Below, in pieces: positions 38,519-49,089 of a stretch of 64,000 nucleotides of DNA. Every line of letters starts with the position of its first letter. Position 1 is the first letter of the stretch. The stretch comes from an uncultured bacterium (GTDB lineage Bacteria > Chloroflexota > UBA5177 > JANWHV01): contig CAVSOU010000010.1 in NCBI GenBank assembly GCA_963729625.1, forward strand, positions 896,001-960,000, in the 5' to 3' direction. A program made the position numbers and the translations under genes. A model generated the notes under the pieces. That model did no database searches. It had not been told where the DNA came from and was given only the letters and a program-made list of their open reading frames with translations.

Positions 38519-41448
38519 GTGGACCAAGCGCCCTCCTTCGGCACGCTGCTCAAACGCCATCGTGCGAGGGCCGGCCTGACCCAAGAGGCGCTGGCCGAGC
38601 AGGCGGGCATGAGCGTGCGGGGCATCAGTGACCTGGAGCGCGGGATCAATCGTGCGCCGCGAGCGGTGACGCTCGGGCTGCTGGCCAAAGCCCTCCGCCT
38701 GACAGAGACGGATCGTGCGCAACTGGAGGCGGCAGCCGACGTAGCCGGGAGCGTGGCGGCGGCGCTCACCGACGGCGAGCAGCCTGGCATCGCCAGCCGG
38801 CCGCCCCTGGTGGGGCGACGGCGTGAGCTGGCGCTGCTGGAGAAGCACCTGGCCGGGGAAGGGCCGTCAGTGCTGCTGTATGCGGGTGAACCCGGCATCG
38901 GCAAGTCGCGCCTGCTGCAGCACGCCGCGCAGCAGGCCCCGGCGGCAGGCTGGCGGGTGCTGGAGGGCGGCTGCCAGCGACAGGGCGGTCAGGCGCCCTA
39001 TGCCCCGCTGCTCGAGGCGCTGGAGCAGCACCTGCGGAGCCGGTCGCCGGTCCAGCTGCGCGCGGACCTGCAGGGCTGTGCCTGGCTGGTCCGCCTGCTG
39101 CCGGAGCTGGCAGAGGGGCCGATCGAGCCGCTGCCGCGCTGGGTTGTCACGCCTGAGCAGGAGCGCCGGCTGCTGTTTCGGGCGGTGGCCAGGCTGCTGG
39201 CCAACGTGGCGGGGCCGGCAGGGACCGTGTTGGTGCTGGACGACTTGCAGTGGGCGGCTGCCGACGCGCTGGAGCTGCTGGTGACGCTGGTGCGCGCCGC
39301 CGGCAGGCCACTGCGCGTAATCGGCGCCTACCGGACCACGGAGATGACACCGGACCAGCCCCTCGCGGTTACCTGTGCCGAGCTGGCCGAGGCCCAACTG
39401 GCGACCCTGCAGACGCTCGGGCCGCTGGCCGAGCATGAGGCGGAAGATTCTGGTTGCCTCGCTGCTCGGTGGCCGGGAGGGGATGGCGCCGGCAGCGGCG
39501 GCACAGGTCGTGCGGCGGGTGGGTGGCGTGCCCTTCTTCCTGGTGAGCTACGCCCGGAGCCTGGAGGGCGAGGGCGGTGCGGAGCGCGGCCCCGGCGGGG
39601 CTGCCGTGGGACCTGCGGCAGAGCCTGCGGCGACGGATGCGGGCGCTGTCGGAGGCGGGGCAGGCGCTGCTGGCCGCGGCGGCGGTGGCGGGGCGGGTGA
39701 CGCCGCGCGCGCTGTTGCTGGCGGTGCTGGGCCGGCCGGAGTCAGAGGTGATCGAGGCCCTGGAGGAGGCCTGCCGGGCCGGGTTGCTGGAGGAAGTAGG
39801 CGATGACGGCTACGGGTTCGTGCACGACGTGATTCGGGAGGTGGCGGAGAGCGACCTGGGGCAGGCGCGGCGGCGGCTCCTTCATCGGCAGGCGGCCGAA
39901 GCGCTCGAGGGGTTTCCGGGTGGAGCGCCCGCTGAGCTGCTGGCCTACCACTACGGGCGCAGCGACGTGCCGGACCGAGCCCTGCCGTACCTGGAGCAGG
40001 CCGGTGACGCAGCGCGGGACCAGGCGGCCCATGATGCCGCGGAAGGATACTACCGGGAGGCGATCACCCGCCTGGACGGGCTGGGCCGCCTGGTCGAGGC
40101 GGCGCGGATTCGGGAGAAGCTGGGCGCCGTCCTGTACACCAGGGCTCACTTTACGCGGGCGCTGGAGGTGCTGGAGCAAGCGGCGACGGCGCTGCGCCTG
40201 GCCGGGGACGTGGAAGGCCTGGGCCGCGTGGTGGCACGCATAGGGCGCGTGCACGATCGCCAGGGAACGCTGGAGAAGGGGATCGAGCGCCTCCTACCAC
40301 AGATGGAGACGCTCGTTACGGTTGGGCCGTCCACCAGTCTGGCGGCGCTCTACCGTGCTCTGGCCGGTCTCTACATAGGTCAGGGGCAGTTTCGCGCGGG
40401 ACTGGCGGCAGCCACGCGAGCGGCGGAAGTCGCTCGCCTGGTCGGTGATCACGGGCTGCTCGTCCGGGCGGGGTGGACGCGCGGTGTGGTGCTGCTCTAT
40501 ATGGGGCGTGTCGAGGAGGCCCTGGCGGTATTCCAGGAGGCCAGTGTGCTGGCCGAGGCGGAGGGCAATCTCGAAGTCGTATGCGGTGTGGCAGCGAATC
40601 TGGCATGGCTGGCCGAGGAACGGGGCGAGCTAGAACGGGCCAGGCAGCATGCGACCAGGGCACGCGCGCTCGGTGAACGGCTCGGCGATCCTGTCCTTAT
40701 GCAGAGGGGCCTGATCAGGCTTACGGGCCAAGCCTTCTTCAGCGGTGCGTGGGGCGAGGCACACGCGTACATCGACCGTCTCCAGGAACTGCCCGACCGG
40801 TCGCCCGTGGAGGATGCCGCGGCGGCGCTCGAACCCGGCCGCCTGCTGCTGGCCGAAGGGGAATGGGAGCAGGCGGCCCGCTATCTGGAGCAGTGCAGTG
40901 CCATCGCGCGGCAGGCGAGCTATCTCCTCTTGCAACGGGTCGCGCAGAGTTTCCTGGCCGAGCTGGACCTGATGGAGAGGCGACCCGCGTCGGCACTTGC
41001 GCGCCTGCTGCCGTTGCTGGACCGCGACGGCATGGAGGAGTGGATTGTGACCATCCACGTGCTGCCGGTCCTGGCCTGGGCCTACCTGGAGCTGGGCGAG
41101 ACCGAGCAGGCCGCGCGCACGATCGAGGACGCGCTGCGGCGGCAGCGGGCAGGGCAGTGCCGGCGCGCGCTGGTGGACACGCTGCGAGTGCAGGCGCTGG
41201 TTTCCCTGCGGCAGGGCACGATGCAGACTGCGGCGGACGCGCTGGAGGAAGGGCTGAGCCTGGCCCAAGCCATGCCGTATCCCTACGGCGAGGGGCGGCT
41301 GCTGGAGGTGTGCGGACGGCTGCACCTGGAGCGCGGCGAGATCACGGCTGCACGAGAACGTCTGGAGGCGGCGCTGGCCATCTTCGAACGCCTGGGTGCG
41401 CGAAAGGACCGCGAGCGGACAGAGCAGTTCATAGCTGCACTCGGCTGA
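38519..41448 (+). pseudogene. XRE-HTH + AAA ATPase + TPR transcriptional regulator, split by two frameshifts
   Basis: FGTLLKRHRARAGLTQEALAE, GEPGIGKS, LDDLQWAD-like, GGVPFFL, FVHDVIRE, TPR-like tail; frame changes near 39450 and 39590. Confidence 0.82.
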
Positions 41449-41752
41449 TGTCGATTCGTCAGCATTCGCGGAGCCAGGCCGAGGTGAGGGCAACTTTGGA
41501 GGCACCTGGGCCGCCGCGATGCTCGCTCTGGACGGTGACGCCTCGCTGCTGGTGGAGGCCCATTGAGCCGTTGAGCAGATCGTAGGGGCCCTTCCGGACA
41601 CGGGAGTACGCCGGACGGTCCCAGCGGCAGAACCGGTGCGCCTGGTCACCCGCCTACACGGATGAGCTCGGCTGCCTATATGCAGGCAGATCATGGCACT
41701 CCCGCCGATCCCTGATTTGGCAACGACCGGCAAGCGTGCTCACTTAGGAGGT

Positions 41753-41897
41753 ATGCCTCCTTTGACGCAGCGTATCCGATACCCCGGTACAGTATTAAGG
41801 CTCTTGCCGAACCCGTGTTCGGGGCTTATGCTACGGATGCGTCGGTCAACGCGAGCGTGCTCAGCCAGACGTTTGAACCGGCTTGATGCGTCGAGGA
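41753..41897 (+). repeat. Diverged ~145 bp direct repeat, copy B (CsoR-like operator plus leader of PLD gene)
   Basis: Matches 35408-35554; carries ATACCCCGGTACAGTAT. Confidence 0.85.
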
Positions 41898-41915
41898 ACT
41901 CGGCGAGGGAAGTAC

Positions 41916-42968
41916 ATGCGCAGTGTGATCACTGTGGCGACGACACGCCGATTGCGTGCGCTGAGCGCAATCCTGTTATGCTCCACGCTTCCATTGGCCG
42001 GTTGCGCCGGGCAGGCACACTCGACATCACCCACGCCGGTGCCGGCCGCCGCGGTTTTGATGGAGACGAATCTGGGAAGTGGGCTTGCCAACGCGTCGCT
42101 CATCGTAGAGCCCGACGACAAACGCACTGAGGTGACGCGTGCGCTGCGGGCAGCTTCGAAAAGCGTCGATTTGACCATGTATCTTCTGACGGATCGCACA
42201 CTCATACACGCTCTGGAATATGCTCATGGCAATGGAGTGCAGGTCAGGGTGATTCTTGAGCGATACCCGTACGGCTTCGGGGTATCAGGCAGAAGTGCGA
42301 ATCAGAACGCCTACGACCAGCTGACGGCTGCAAACATTCAGGTCCATTGGTCTCCTTCGCGCTTCGCCCTTACTCACGAGAAGGCCATGATCGTGGACGG
42401 CAAGAGTGCCCTGATTCTCACGCTGAACTTCACGGCGTCCGCGTTCACCACGAACCGCGAGTTTGGCGTGATCGACCAGGATCCGACCGACGTGCGGGCC
42501 GCGGACGCAATCTTCAGTGCGGACTGGAATGACCGATCGCATTCACCTTCCGACCCGCACCTCGTGGTGAGCCCCAGCAACAGCCGCGCGAGTCTTGATG
42601 CATTGGTCCGGCGCGCGAAGCGGAGCGTCGAAGTCTACGCCGAAGAGGTGCAGGACACGGCCATCGAGGCAGCACTGGCGGCAGCCCAAAAACGCGGCGC
42701 CGCCGTGCGTCTGATCAGCAACGCGAACGATGCCAGTAACACGAAGGGGCTGAACAGGCTACGGAACGCCGGCGTGAGGATCCATCTGGTGACGAGTCCA
42801 TACATACACGCGAAGGTCATCATCGTAGATCGGTCGCTGGCCTTCGTCGGTTCCGAGAACATCTCTTCGGCGTCGTTGGACGAGAATCGCGAGCTAGGTG
42901 TCATCCTCTCCGACAAACGAGCCATCAGTCGGCTGGAAGTCACCTTTGACCACGACTGGTCGCGCTAA
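41916..42968 (+). CDS. Phospholipase D superfamily lipoprotein
   Basis: Two HKD motifs (HEKAMIVD, HAKVIIVD), LAGC lipobox, NRE motifs. Confidence 0.9.
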   Translation: MRSVITVATTRRLRALSAILLCSTLPLAGCAGQAHSTSPTPVPAAAVLMETNLGSGLANASLIVEPDDKRTEVTRALRAASKSVDLTMYLLTDRTLIHALEYAHGNGVQVRVILERYPYGFGVSGRSANQNAYDQLTAANIQVHWSPSRFALTHEKAMIVDGKSALILTLNFTASAFTTNREFGVIDQDPTDVRAADAIFSADWNDRSHSPSDPHLVVSPSNSRASLDALVRRAKRSVEVYAEEVQDTAIEAALAAAQKRGAAVRLISNANDASNTKGLNRLRNAGVRIHLVTSPYIHAKVIIVDRSLAFVGSENISSASLDENRELGVILSDKRAISRLEVTFDHDWSR

Positions 42969-43050
42969 CACCGCACGCCGTCGCCTCACTCCGTGCCGCG
43001 CAGCCTCACACGACCGTGCAACTATGGAAATGTCTCGCCCGCGACCGTGT

Positions 43051-43683
43051 TTACGCCGCCAGCACCTCGCTCACCATGCGCACGGCGCTCGAGGCATCGG
43101 TGGCGTATCCGTCCGCGCCAATCTCGTGCGCGTAGGCACTGGTGATCGGCGCTCCGCCCACGATAATGCGCGCCTTGTCTCGTAGCCCTGCCGCCTTGAT
43201 CGCCTCGATGATCACCTTCATGTTTGTCATTGTTGTCGTCAGAAGCGCGGACATCGCTACGACATTGGCACCCTCACGGATAGCCTCGACGAACTTCTCA
43301 GCCGGGACGTCTACGCCCAGGTCCATGATCTCGTAGCCCGAGCCTTCCAGCATCATCGCCACAAGGTTCTTCCCGATGTCGTGCAGGTCACCCTTCACGG
43401 TGCCAATCGCCACTTTGCCGCTCGAGGCGACACCCTGGCTCACCAGCTGAGGCTTGAGCACCGCGAGGGCCGAGCTCATTGCTCGCGCCGCCACCAGCAT
43501 TTCAGGCACGAATACTTCGCCCTCTTCGTACAGCTGGCCTACCTGCTTCATAGCCGCGATAAGCCCTTCTTGAAGCAGCGTGCCCGCCGGTATGCCCTCG
43601 GCCAAACCTTGCGTGACTCTTGCCACCGCAACCTTTGCCTGGCCCTCTGCCACGGCCTCGCGAAGCTCGTCTACCAGTGCCAT
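43051..43683 (-). CDS. Corrinoid (cobalamin-binding) methyltransferase protein, MtbC/MttC-like
   Basis: GTVKGDLHDIGKNLV (DxHxxG), MSALLTTTM, GGAP, GADGY. Confidence 0.93.
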   Translation of the reverse strand: MALVDELREAVAEGQAKVAVARVTQGLAEGIPAGTLLQEGLIAAMKQVGQLYEEGEVFVPEMLVAARAMSSALAVLKPQLVSQGVASSGKVAIGTVKGDLHDIGKNLVAMMLEGSGYEIMDLGVDVPAEKFVEAIREGANVVAMSALLTTTMTNMKVIIEAIKAAGLRDKARIIVGGAPITSAYAHEIGADGYATDASSAVRMVSEVLAA

Positions 43684-43728
43684 AGAAGCCTTCCTCCCGT
43701 TTTGTTGTGTCTCTTCACGCCCAAACCA

Positions 43729-45001
43729 TCATAGTGGATTGCTGCGATACTCGTTGACCGCCTCGTAGAGGGCCAGCAGATTCTCGATGGGAATGCCGGC
43801 CTGAACATTATGGATCGTGGTGAAAACGAATCCGCCGCCGGCGCCGAAGACCTTCAGCCGATCCTTCACCATCTCTCGCACCTCCGCCGGCGAGCCGAAT
43901 GGAAGCACCCTCTGGGTGTCGATGCCGCCGCCCCAAAAGGTGATGCGCTCCCCATACTTGGCCTTCAGCGCGACCGGATCCATGTCGGCCGCGGAAGTCT
44001 GCACGGGATTCAGGCAGTCGAATCCGGCATCCACGATATCATCGAGCAGGCGCCAGATTCGATCCGCACGAATGGATAAAGCACTTCCATTGCGTATGGG
44101 AGTGAATCCACTCGTTCACCTTGACATGAAACGGCTTGAACAGGCTGCGGTAGGCCTTTGGCGAGATGAAGGGGCTGTTCTGCGCGCCAAAGTCTGTGCC
44201 GGTCACGAACGCACCGACCACCCGGTCACCAACAACTTGATGAATCTTCTCCAGGTTTCGCAGTCCGATGTCGCACTGCCGCTCGAAAACCTCGTACACG
44301 TAGTCTCGGCGCAAGCTCGTGCTCACGTACCACTCGTCGACGGCCCGGATGCCCTTTGGGTGCTTCAGGTTCATGCCCGGCACCAGGGCAATGTCGCCGA
44401 AAGCCGTACCCCCGAAGTTGGCTAGAATCGCCTTCCCGGTGGGCCACAGGCGATCGACTTCCTGCTTGAGATAGGCCAGGTCGGCATCGCTGATTGGCGC
44501 GAACTCCTCGAGGTTGTCCTCGACGTTCAGCCGGTCGTCGTCGATAGGGTCCTGCCTGGTTATCGCGTCGAAGTAGAAGCCGCCCCTGGGCATGCGGGCG
44601 CACGCCGCGACCGACATATCACCGGCGGGATAGGCCAGAATATCACCATTTGGCTCCGGAACTGTGTTGAACCCCTCGGGAACCAGCACCGGAGTGCCAC
44701 CGAATGTCGTCCAGGGCTTCCAACCTTCATTGCGAAAGCCAAGCATCGTCCCCGGCATCCCCAGCCCCACGATGTCGACGCCAAGCACGTCCATCAGGTC
44801 CGGAGCGATCTCGCCGAGCAGCTGGAACGGCTCGACTACCTTCACGGGCGTGCCAGGAGGATCCAGGTGCAGCGCCTGCCGCAGCCTGTACACCGAGTCT
44901 ACATGCATTCCTGTCACCGGGCTGCCGCCAAGATCGAGCGGCACCTTGTCTGGCTCCTGGTGCTGCACGGCACACTCGACACGAGCACGAGACGTCAACA
45001 T
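43729..45001 (-). pseudogene. UroD/MtaA-CmuA family protein, interrupted by a single +1 frameshift (possible sequencing error)
   Basis: EPDKVPLDLGG, TDFGAQ, FIHSCG then DAGFDCLNPVQ, FWGGGIDTQ, IHNVQ in next frame; extra A near 44060. Confidence 0.85.
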
Positions 45002-45163
45002 CGTTCGGTCCTCCTTCGGCCCGCTGAAGTCAGCCGACCCTCTCAATATCTCTCCGGCGGCATGGATAGCACAAGTCCAACCATCACCGCGAGAGCGCAG
45101 TTGAACATCCGGCACTCGCAGTCCAACACAACCTCGTTACGCAGCGTCGCAGCACAAGCAAAA

Positions 45164-45340
45164 GTGATCTGATCACCGGAAGATATGAGCCATGGTGAGC
45201 ATAGGCTAGAGCTTGCACGCTGTCAAGAGCCAGAACGACCCATGGAGTGTGGATGTATTGACAGCGCGCCGATCCTGCACTATGCTCACACTGGCCTGAA
45301 ACAGTTGATGATCAGATCTCCTTAACAGTCATCTGATCAC
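45164..45340. promoter_or_regulatory. Divergent sigma70 promoter pair with repeated operator
   Basis: TTGACA-17-TATGCT on both strands (45226-45198 minus; 45258-45286 plus); TGATCAGAT sites at ~45167, ~45309, ~45331. Confidence 0.75.
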
Positions 45341-45359
45341 CGGTGTCCATCGCCAATAC

Positions 45360-46283
45360 TTGGACTGCATGGCGGTCGAGTTCACCTTCCATTACGGGGA
45401 ACGGTGCCCAAAGGTGCAGAAGCAAGCGCAACGGCGACAAGTCTATTCGGCAGTGATGGACCAGATCCGCGATGATATCGCCGTGGGACGGCTGCAGGCC
45501 GGCGATCGGCTGGAAACTGTCAGCAACTTGGCCAAGCGCCTGGGCGTCGGCCAGTCATCGGTGCGTGAGGCTGTCCGTGTCCTCAGCTACATGGGCTTGC
45601 TGCGCGTAAAGCATGGCGGTGGCATCTTCGTCACCGAGCGCCTTAGCAGTGGCGGCACGCCCGATCCTATCGATTCGATGGCTGATGTCGAGCGCATCTC
45701 ATTGTGGCACCTGATGGAGCTGCGCTTGGTCGTCGAGCCGGCTGCCGCGAGGTGGGCCGCGGAGCGCGCGACGGCTGCTGAACGCGCGGAGATCGTGCGC
45801 CGGTGCGCGGAAGTGCAGGACGAACTGCGCCGCAATATTGAGTTCCTTGAGAACAGCGAGTTCCAGGAAGACGACGTGGAGTTCCACCTGGCTATCGTGC
45901 GCGCCGCCCACAATCCCCTCCTGCTCGATACTCTTGAGCGCGTACACGCTCAGCTTCGGGTTGGACGCTACATCACGTCGCATGTACCCCAGCTGGTGGA
46001 CAGCGCCCTGCGATTCCACCCGCAGATCGCGCAGGCCATACTTGCACACGATGCGAGCCGGGCCGAGACTTACGCTCGTTCGCATGTTGAAGATGTCGTG
46101 TGGTGGCTGGAACAGCATGCGGCCGACCGCCTCGCCCTGGGCGACGAAGGGCGCGCAGGGCCTGCACTTGAGATCCCCGCCATAGTGACCGGAGAGCCGG
46201 CGAACGCGCCTGGATCCGGCGCACTATTGTCGGGTCGTGCTAGGTACGCGAGGAGCGACGCGTCGCCGGGAGGTCTAGCTTGA
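45360..46283 (+). CDS. GntR/FadR family transcriptional regulator
   Basis: LGVGQSSVREA wHTH, DVEFHLAI...HNP FCD domain; start uncertain. Confidence 0.9.
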   Translation: MDCMAVEFTFHYGERCPKVQKQAQRRQVYSAVMDQIRDDIAVGRLQAGDRLETVSNLAKRLGVGQSSVREAVRVLSYMGLLRVKHGGGIFVTERLSSGGTPDPIDSMADVERISLWHLMELRLVVEPAAARWAAERATAAERAEIVRRCAEVQDELRRNIEFLENSEFQEDDVEFHLAIVRAAHNPLLLDTLERVHAQLRVGRYITSHVPQLVDSALRFHPQIAQAILAHDASRAETYARSHVEDVVWWLEQHAADRLALGDEGRAGPALEIPAIVTGEPANAPGSGALLSGRARYARSDASPGGLA

Positions 46284-47845
46284 CTTCGGCTGCCAGCGCG
46301 GCTCCGCCCTTGGGTCGCACGCTTTTGCGCGCAAATGCCGTCACCAAAATCTATCCGGGCGTGCTCGCGCTGGATCAAGTCAGCCTGGACGTCTGTGCCG
46401 GCGAAGTACATGCCATAGTGGGGGAGAATGGCGCGGGCAAGACCACCTTGATGGCCATTCTGGCGGGCACTCAGCTTCCCGATGGTGGTCAGCTGTACAT
46501 GGACGGTACCCTCGTGCAGATCCCCGACAGGAAGACAGCAGAGCACCTTGGCATCAGCATCGTGTTCCAGGAGCTCAGTCTCGTCTCGAACCTGTCGGTT
46601 GCCGACAACGTGTTCGCTGCTCGCCAGCCCGTGGGCCTCCTCAACCTGGTGCGCCAACGCGAGCTGTACGCTCGCACCCAGGCGGTGCTGGACCGGTTCA
46701 ATCTCGGTCTCAACGCTCGCACGTTGGTGGGAATGCTGCCCACGGCCAGCCGCCAGGTGGTAGAAATCGCCAAGGCGCTGTCGCTTGACGCGCGAGTGCT
46801 CATCCTCGATGAGCCCACCTCGTCGCTAAACCAGCACGAAGCGCAGCGGCTTTTCGCGGTGATTCGCCGGCTGCGTGATGAAGGTATGGGCATTTTCTAC
46901 ATCTCACACCACCTTGACGAAGTGTTCGCTATTGCCGATCGCATCTCGGTCCTCCGCGACGGCAAGCATGTCGGCACGCGAGTAACGGCGGAGACGAACG
47001 AAGCGGAAATCGTGCGGCTCATGGTTGGCCGCGAGGTACAAACTCTCTATGGTCGAGCAGAAGCACTCGACCGCGGTACCGCTTCTCCCGCGCCGTTGCT
47101 CTCCGCGCACGCCCTCCGTTTTGGCGCGATGCTCAGGGACGTGTCTTTGAGCATCAGCCCAGGCGAGATAGTCGGCGTGGCCGGACTCGTGGGAGCCGGT
47201 AGGACGGAGCTTGGCCGTGCGCTCTTCGGGCTGCTGCCGCTGGAAGGAGGCAGCATGACGATCGACGGTAAGTCGGTCGAATTGCGATCGCCTGCCGATG
47301 CCATCCGGCACGGTCTCGCCTACATCCCGCAAGAGCGCAAAGAAGAAGGACTGTTCCTGATCATGCATCTGGCCGACAACATCGCGGCGCCAAACCTGCG
47401 ATCGCTCAGCCGGTACGGCATGATGCAGGCGGACGCCGTGCGCCGCCTGGCGGCCGAGTATACGAAGACGCTGAACATTCGCACGCCAAGTCTTTTCTCC
47501 AGAGTGAGCAACCTCAGTGGCGGGAACCAGCAGAAGGCGCTGGTCTCCATGTGGCTCGCACAGAAGCCGCGGTTGCTGATCGTGGACGAGCCCACCCGAG
47601 GTATCGACATTGGAGCGAAGGCAGAGATTCACCGACTTCTGCGGGAACTCGCCAGGGAAGGCATGGCAATCCTGATGATCTCCTCTGAGCTTCCGGAGAT
47701 TCTGTCACTCAGCCACCGGATCTTGGTCATGGCAAAGGGCCGTATCACGGGTCATTTCACAAGCGAAGAAGCGCAAGAGGAGTCGATCATGGCGTGCGCC
47801 TCGGGCCTTGCTTTGCATCTGCCGGCACAGCCGGACTCACTGTAA
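46280..47845 (+). CDS. Monosaccharide ABC transporter ATP-binding protein (RbsA-type)
   Basis: GENGAGKT, LDEPTSSL, LSGGNQQK, DEPTRGID. Confidence 0.93.
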   Translation: MTSAASAAPPLGRTLLRANAVTKIYPGVLALDQVSLDVCAGEVHAIVGENGAGKTTLMAILAGTQLPDGGQLYMDGTLVQIPDRKTAEHLGISIVFQELSLVSNLSVADNVFAARQPVGLLNLVRQRELYARTQAVLDRFNLGLNARTLVGMLPTASRQVVEIAKALSLDARVLILDEPTSSLNQHEAQRLFAVIRRLRDEGMGIFYISHHLDEVFAIADRISVLRDGKHVGTRVTAETNEAEIVRLMVGREVQTLYGRAEALDRGTASPAPLLSAHALRFGAMLRDVSLSISPGEIVGVAGLVGAGRTELGRALFGLLPLEGGSMTIDGKSVELRSPADAIRHGLAYIPQERKEEGLFLIMHLADNIAAPNLRSLSRYGMMQADAVRRLAAEYTKTLNIRTPSLFSRVSNLSGGNQQKALVSMWLAQKPRLLIVDEPTRGIDIGAKAEIHRLLRELAREGMAILMISSELPEILSLSHRILVMAKGRITGHFTSEEAQEESIMACASGLALHLPAQPDSL

Positions 47846-47859
47846 AGGAGCATCGCGTC

Positions 47860-48942
47860 ATGATCAAGGAACCGCCTGTCGAGGCCGAACTGGCGGGCCA
47901 GGGCGCCGAAAGCGTGCCCGTAGCCGCGCTCAACCCAGTGATGCGCGCGCTTGGGGTCGTCGGGCAGGTCCGTGAGCTTGCATTGGTCATCATGTTGGTG
48001 CTCGGCAGCCTCATCGTCAACATCTACCTCCCGGGCTTCCTTGGCTGGACGAATTTCAAGGTCATACTCCTCGGCATGAGCTTCGATGCCGTGGTGGCCG
48101 TGGGCATGACTATTCTCCTCGTAAGCGGCGGATTCGATCTCTCGGTCGGGGCCACCATGGCTCTGGGCGGGAGCGTCACGGGCCTGGCGATTGGTAACGG
48201 CACGCCAATCGTGCTTGCCATGGCCGAAGGGCTTCTGGTGGGTGGGATCGTCGGACTCGCAAACGGCCTGATCATCGCCCGGCTGGGTGTCAACCCGCTG
48301 ATCACGACGCTGGGCACGATGAGCATCGTGAACGGCGCGGTCCTGCTGATCACGGCGGAGCAGGGCGTGAGCAACCTGCCCGACTCGTTCACCGGCCCGG
48401 TTGGCCAGGACACGCCGCTCGGCATCCAGGTGCCGATCCTGGTCATGGCGGTGTTCGTCGTCGTCGGCGATATCTTGCTGCGGCGATCGCGGTTCTTGCG
48501 CCAGAACTACTACATCGGCGCCAACATCAAGTCCGCCCGGCTCTCCGGCATCACGGTCACGCGCATCCAGATTTTCAACTACACGCTCATGGGCGTGCTG
48601 TCCGCCGTGGCAGGCATACTCACCGCCGCGCGCCAGTCCGGCATCTCGACCAGTACCGGTGGTCCGGACGCTCTCCAGGTCATCGCAGCGTGCGTGATCG
48701 GTGGCGCCAGCCTGAGCGGCGGTGAAGGCACGATACTGGGAGCATTTCTCGGACTCTTCCTTCTCAACGCAATCCTCAACGTTATCTCCGGCGCCGGCAT
48801 CAATCCTGACTGGGGTCCGGTCATCACGGGCGCGGTGCTCGTGATCGCCGTGTCGCTGGACCAGCTTGGTCGGGTGATTCGCCTGCAAGGCGGCTGGCGA
48901 AGCGCCACGCGCTACTTGCTGCGCATGGCACGGCGCGGCTAG
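47860..48942 (+). CDS. Monosaccharide ABC transporter permease (RbsC-type)
   Basis: GGFDLSVG, ITTLGT, VIGGASLSGGEG. Confidence 0.92.
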   Translation: MIKEPPVEAELAGQGAESVPVAALNPVMRALGVVGQVRELALVIMLVLGSLIVNIYLPGFLGWTNFKVILLGMSFDAVVAVGMTILLVSGGFDLSVGATMALGGSVTGLAIGNGTPIVLAMAEGLLVGGIVGLANGLIIARLGVNPLITTLGTMSIVNGAVLLITAEQGVSNLPDSFTGPVGQDTPLGIQVPILVMAVFVVVGDILLRRSRFLRQNYYIGANIKSARLSGITVTRIQIFNYTLMGVLSAVAGILTAARQSGISTSTGGPDALQVIAACVIGGASLSGGEGTILGAFLGLFLLNAILNVISGAGINPDWGPVITGAVLVIAVSLDQLGRVIRLQGGWRSATRYLLRMARRG

Positions 48943-49089
48943 GCGCGGCACGAGGAGGAGAGGAGGACGAGAGTAGATCGATTCGCAGGTCGGGGCAATA
49001 CTGGTGGTCTCATTTGGGCAGCAGGTACATGGCTCTAGTCCGCATGCCACACTGATCGTGGTCCATGCGCAAGCAGAAAAGGACATACC

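Noticed and set aside
45001-45160. Possible cobalamin riboswitch upstream of corrinoid/UroD genes (also 54652-54780)
   Set aside because: No B12-box or other conserved cobalamin riboswitch elements were seen.
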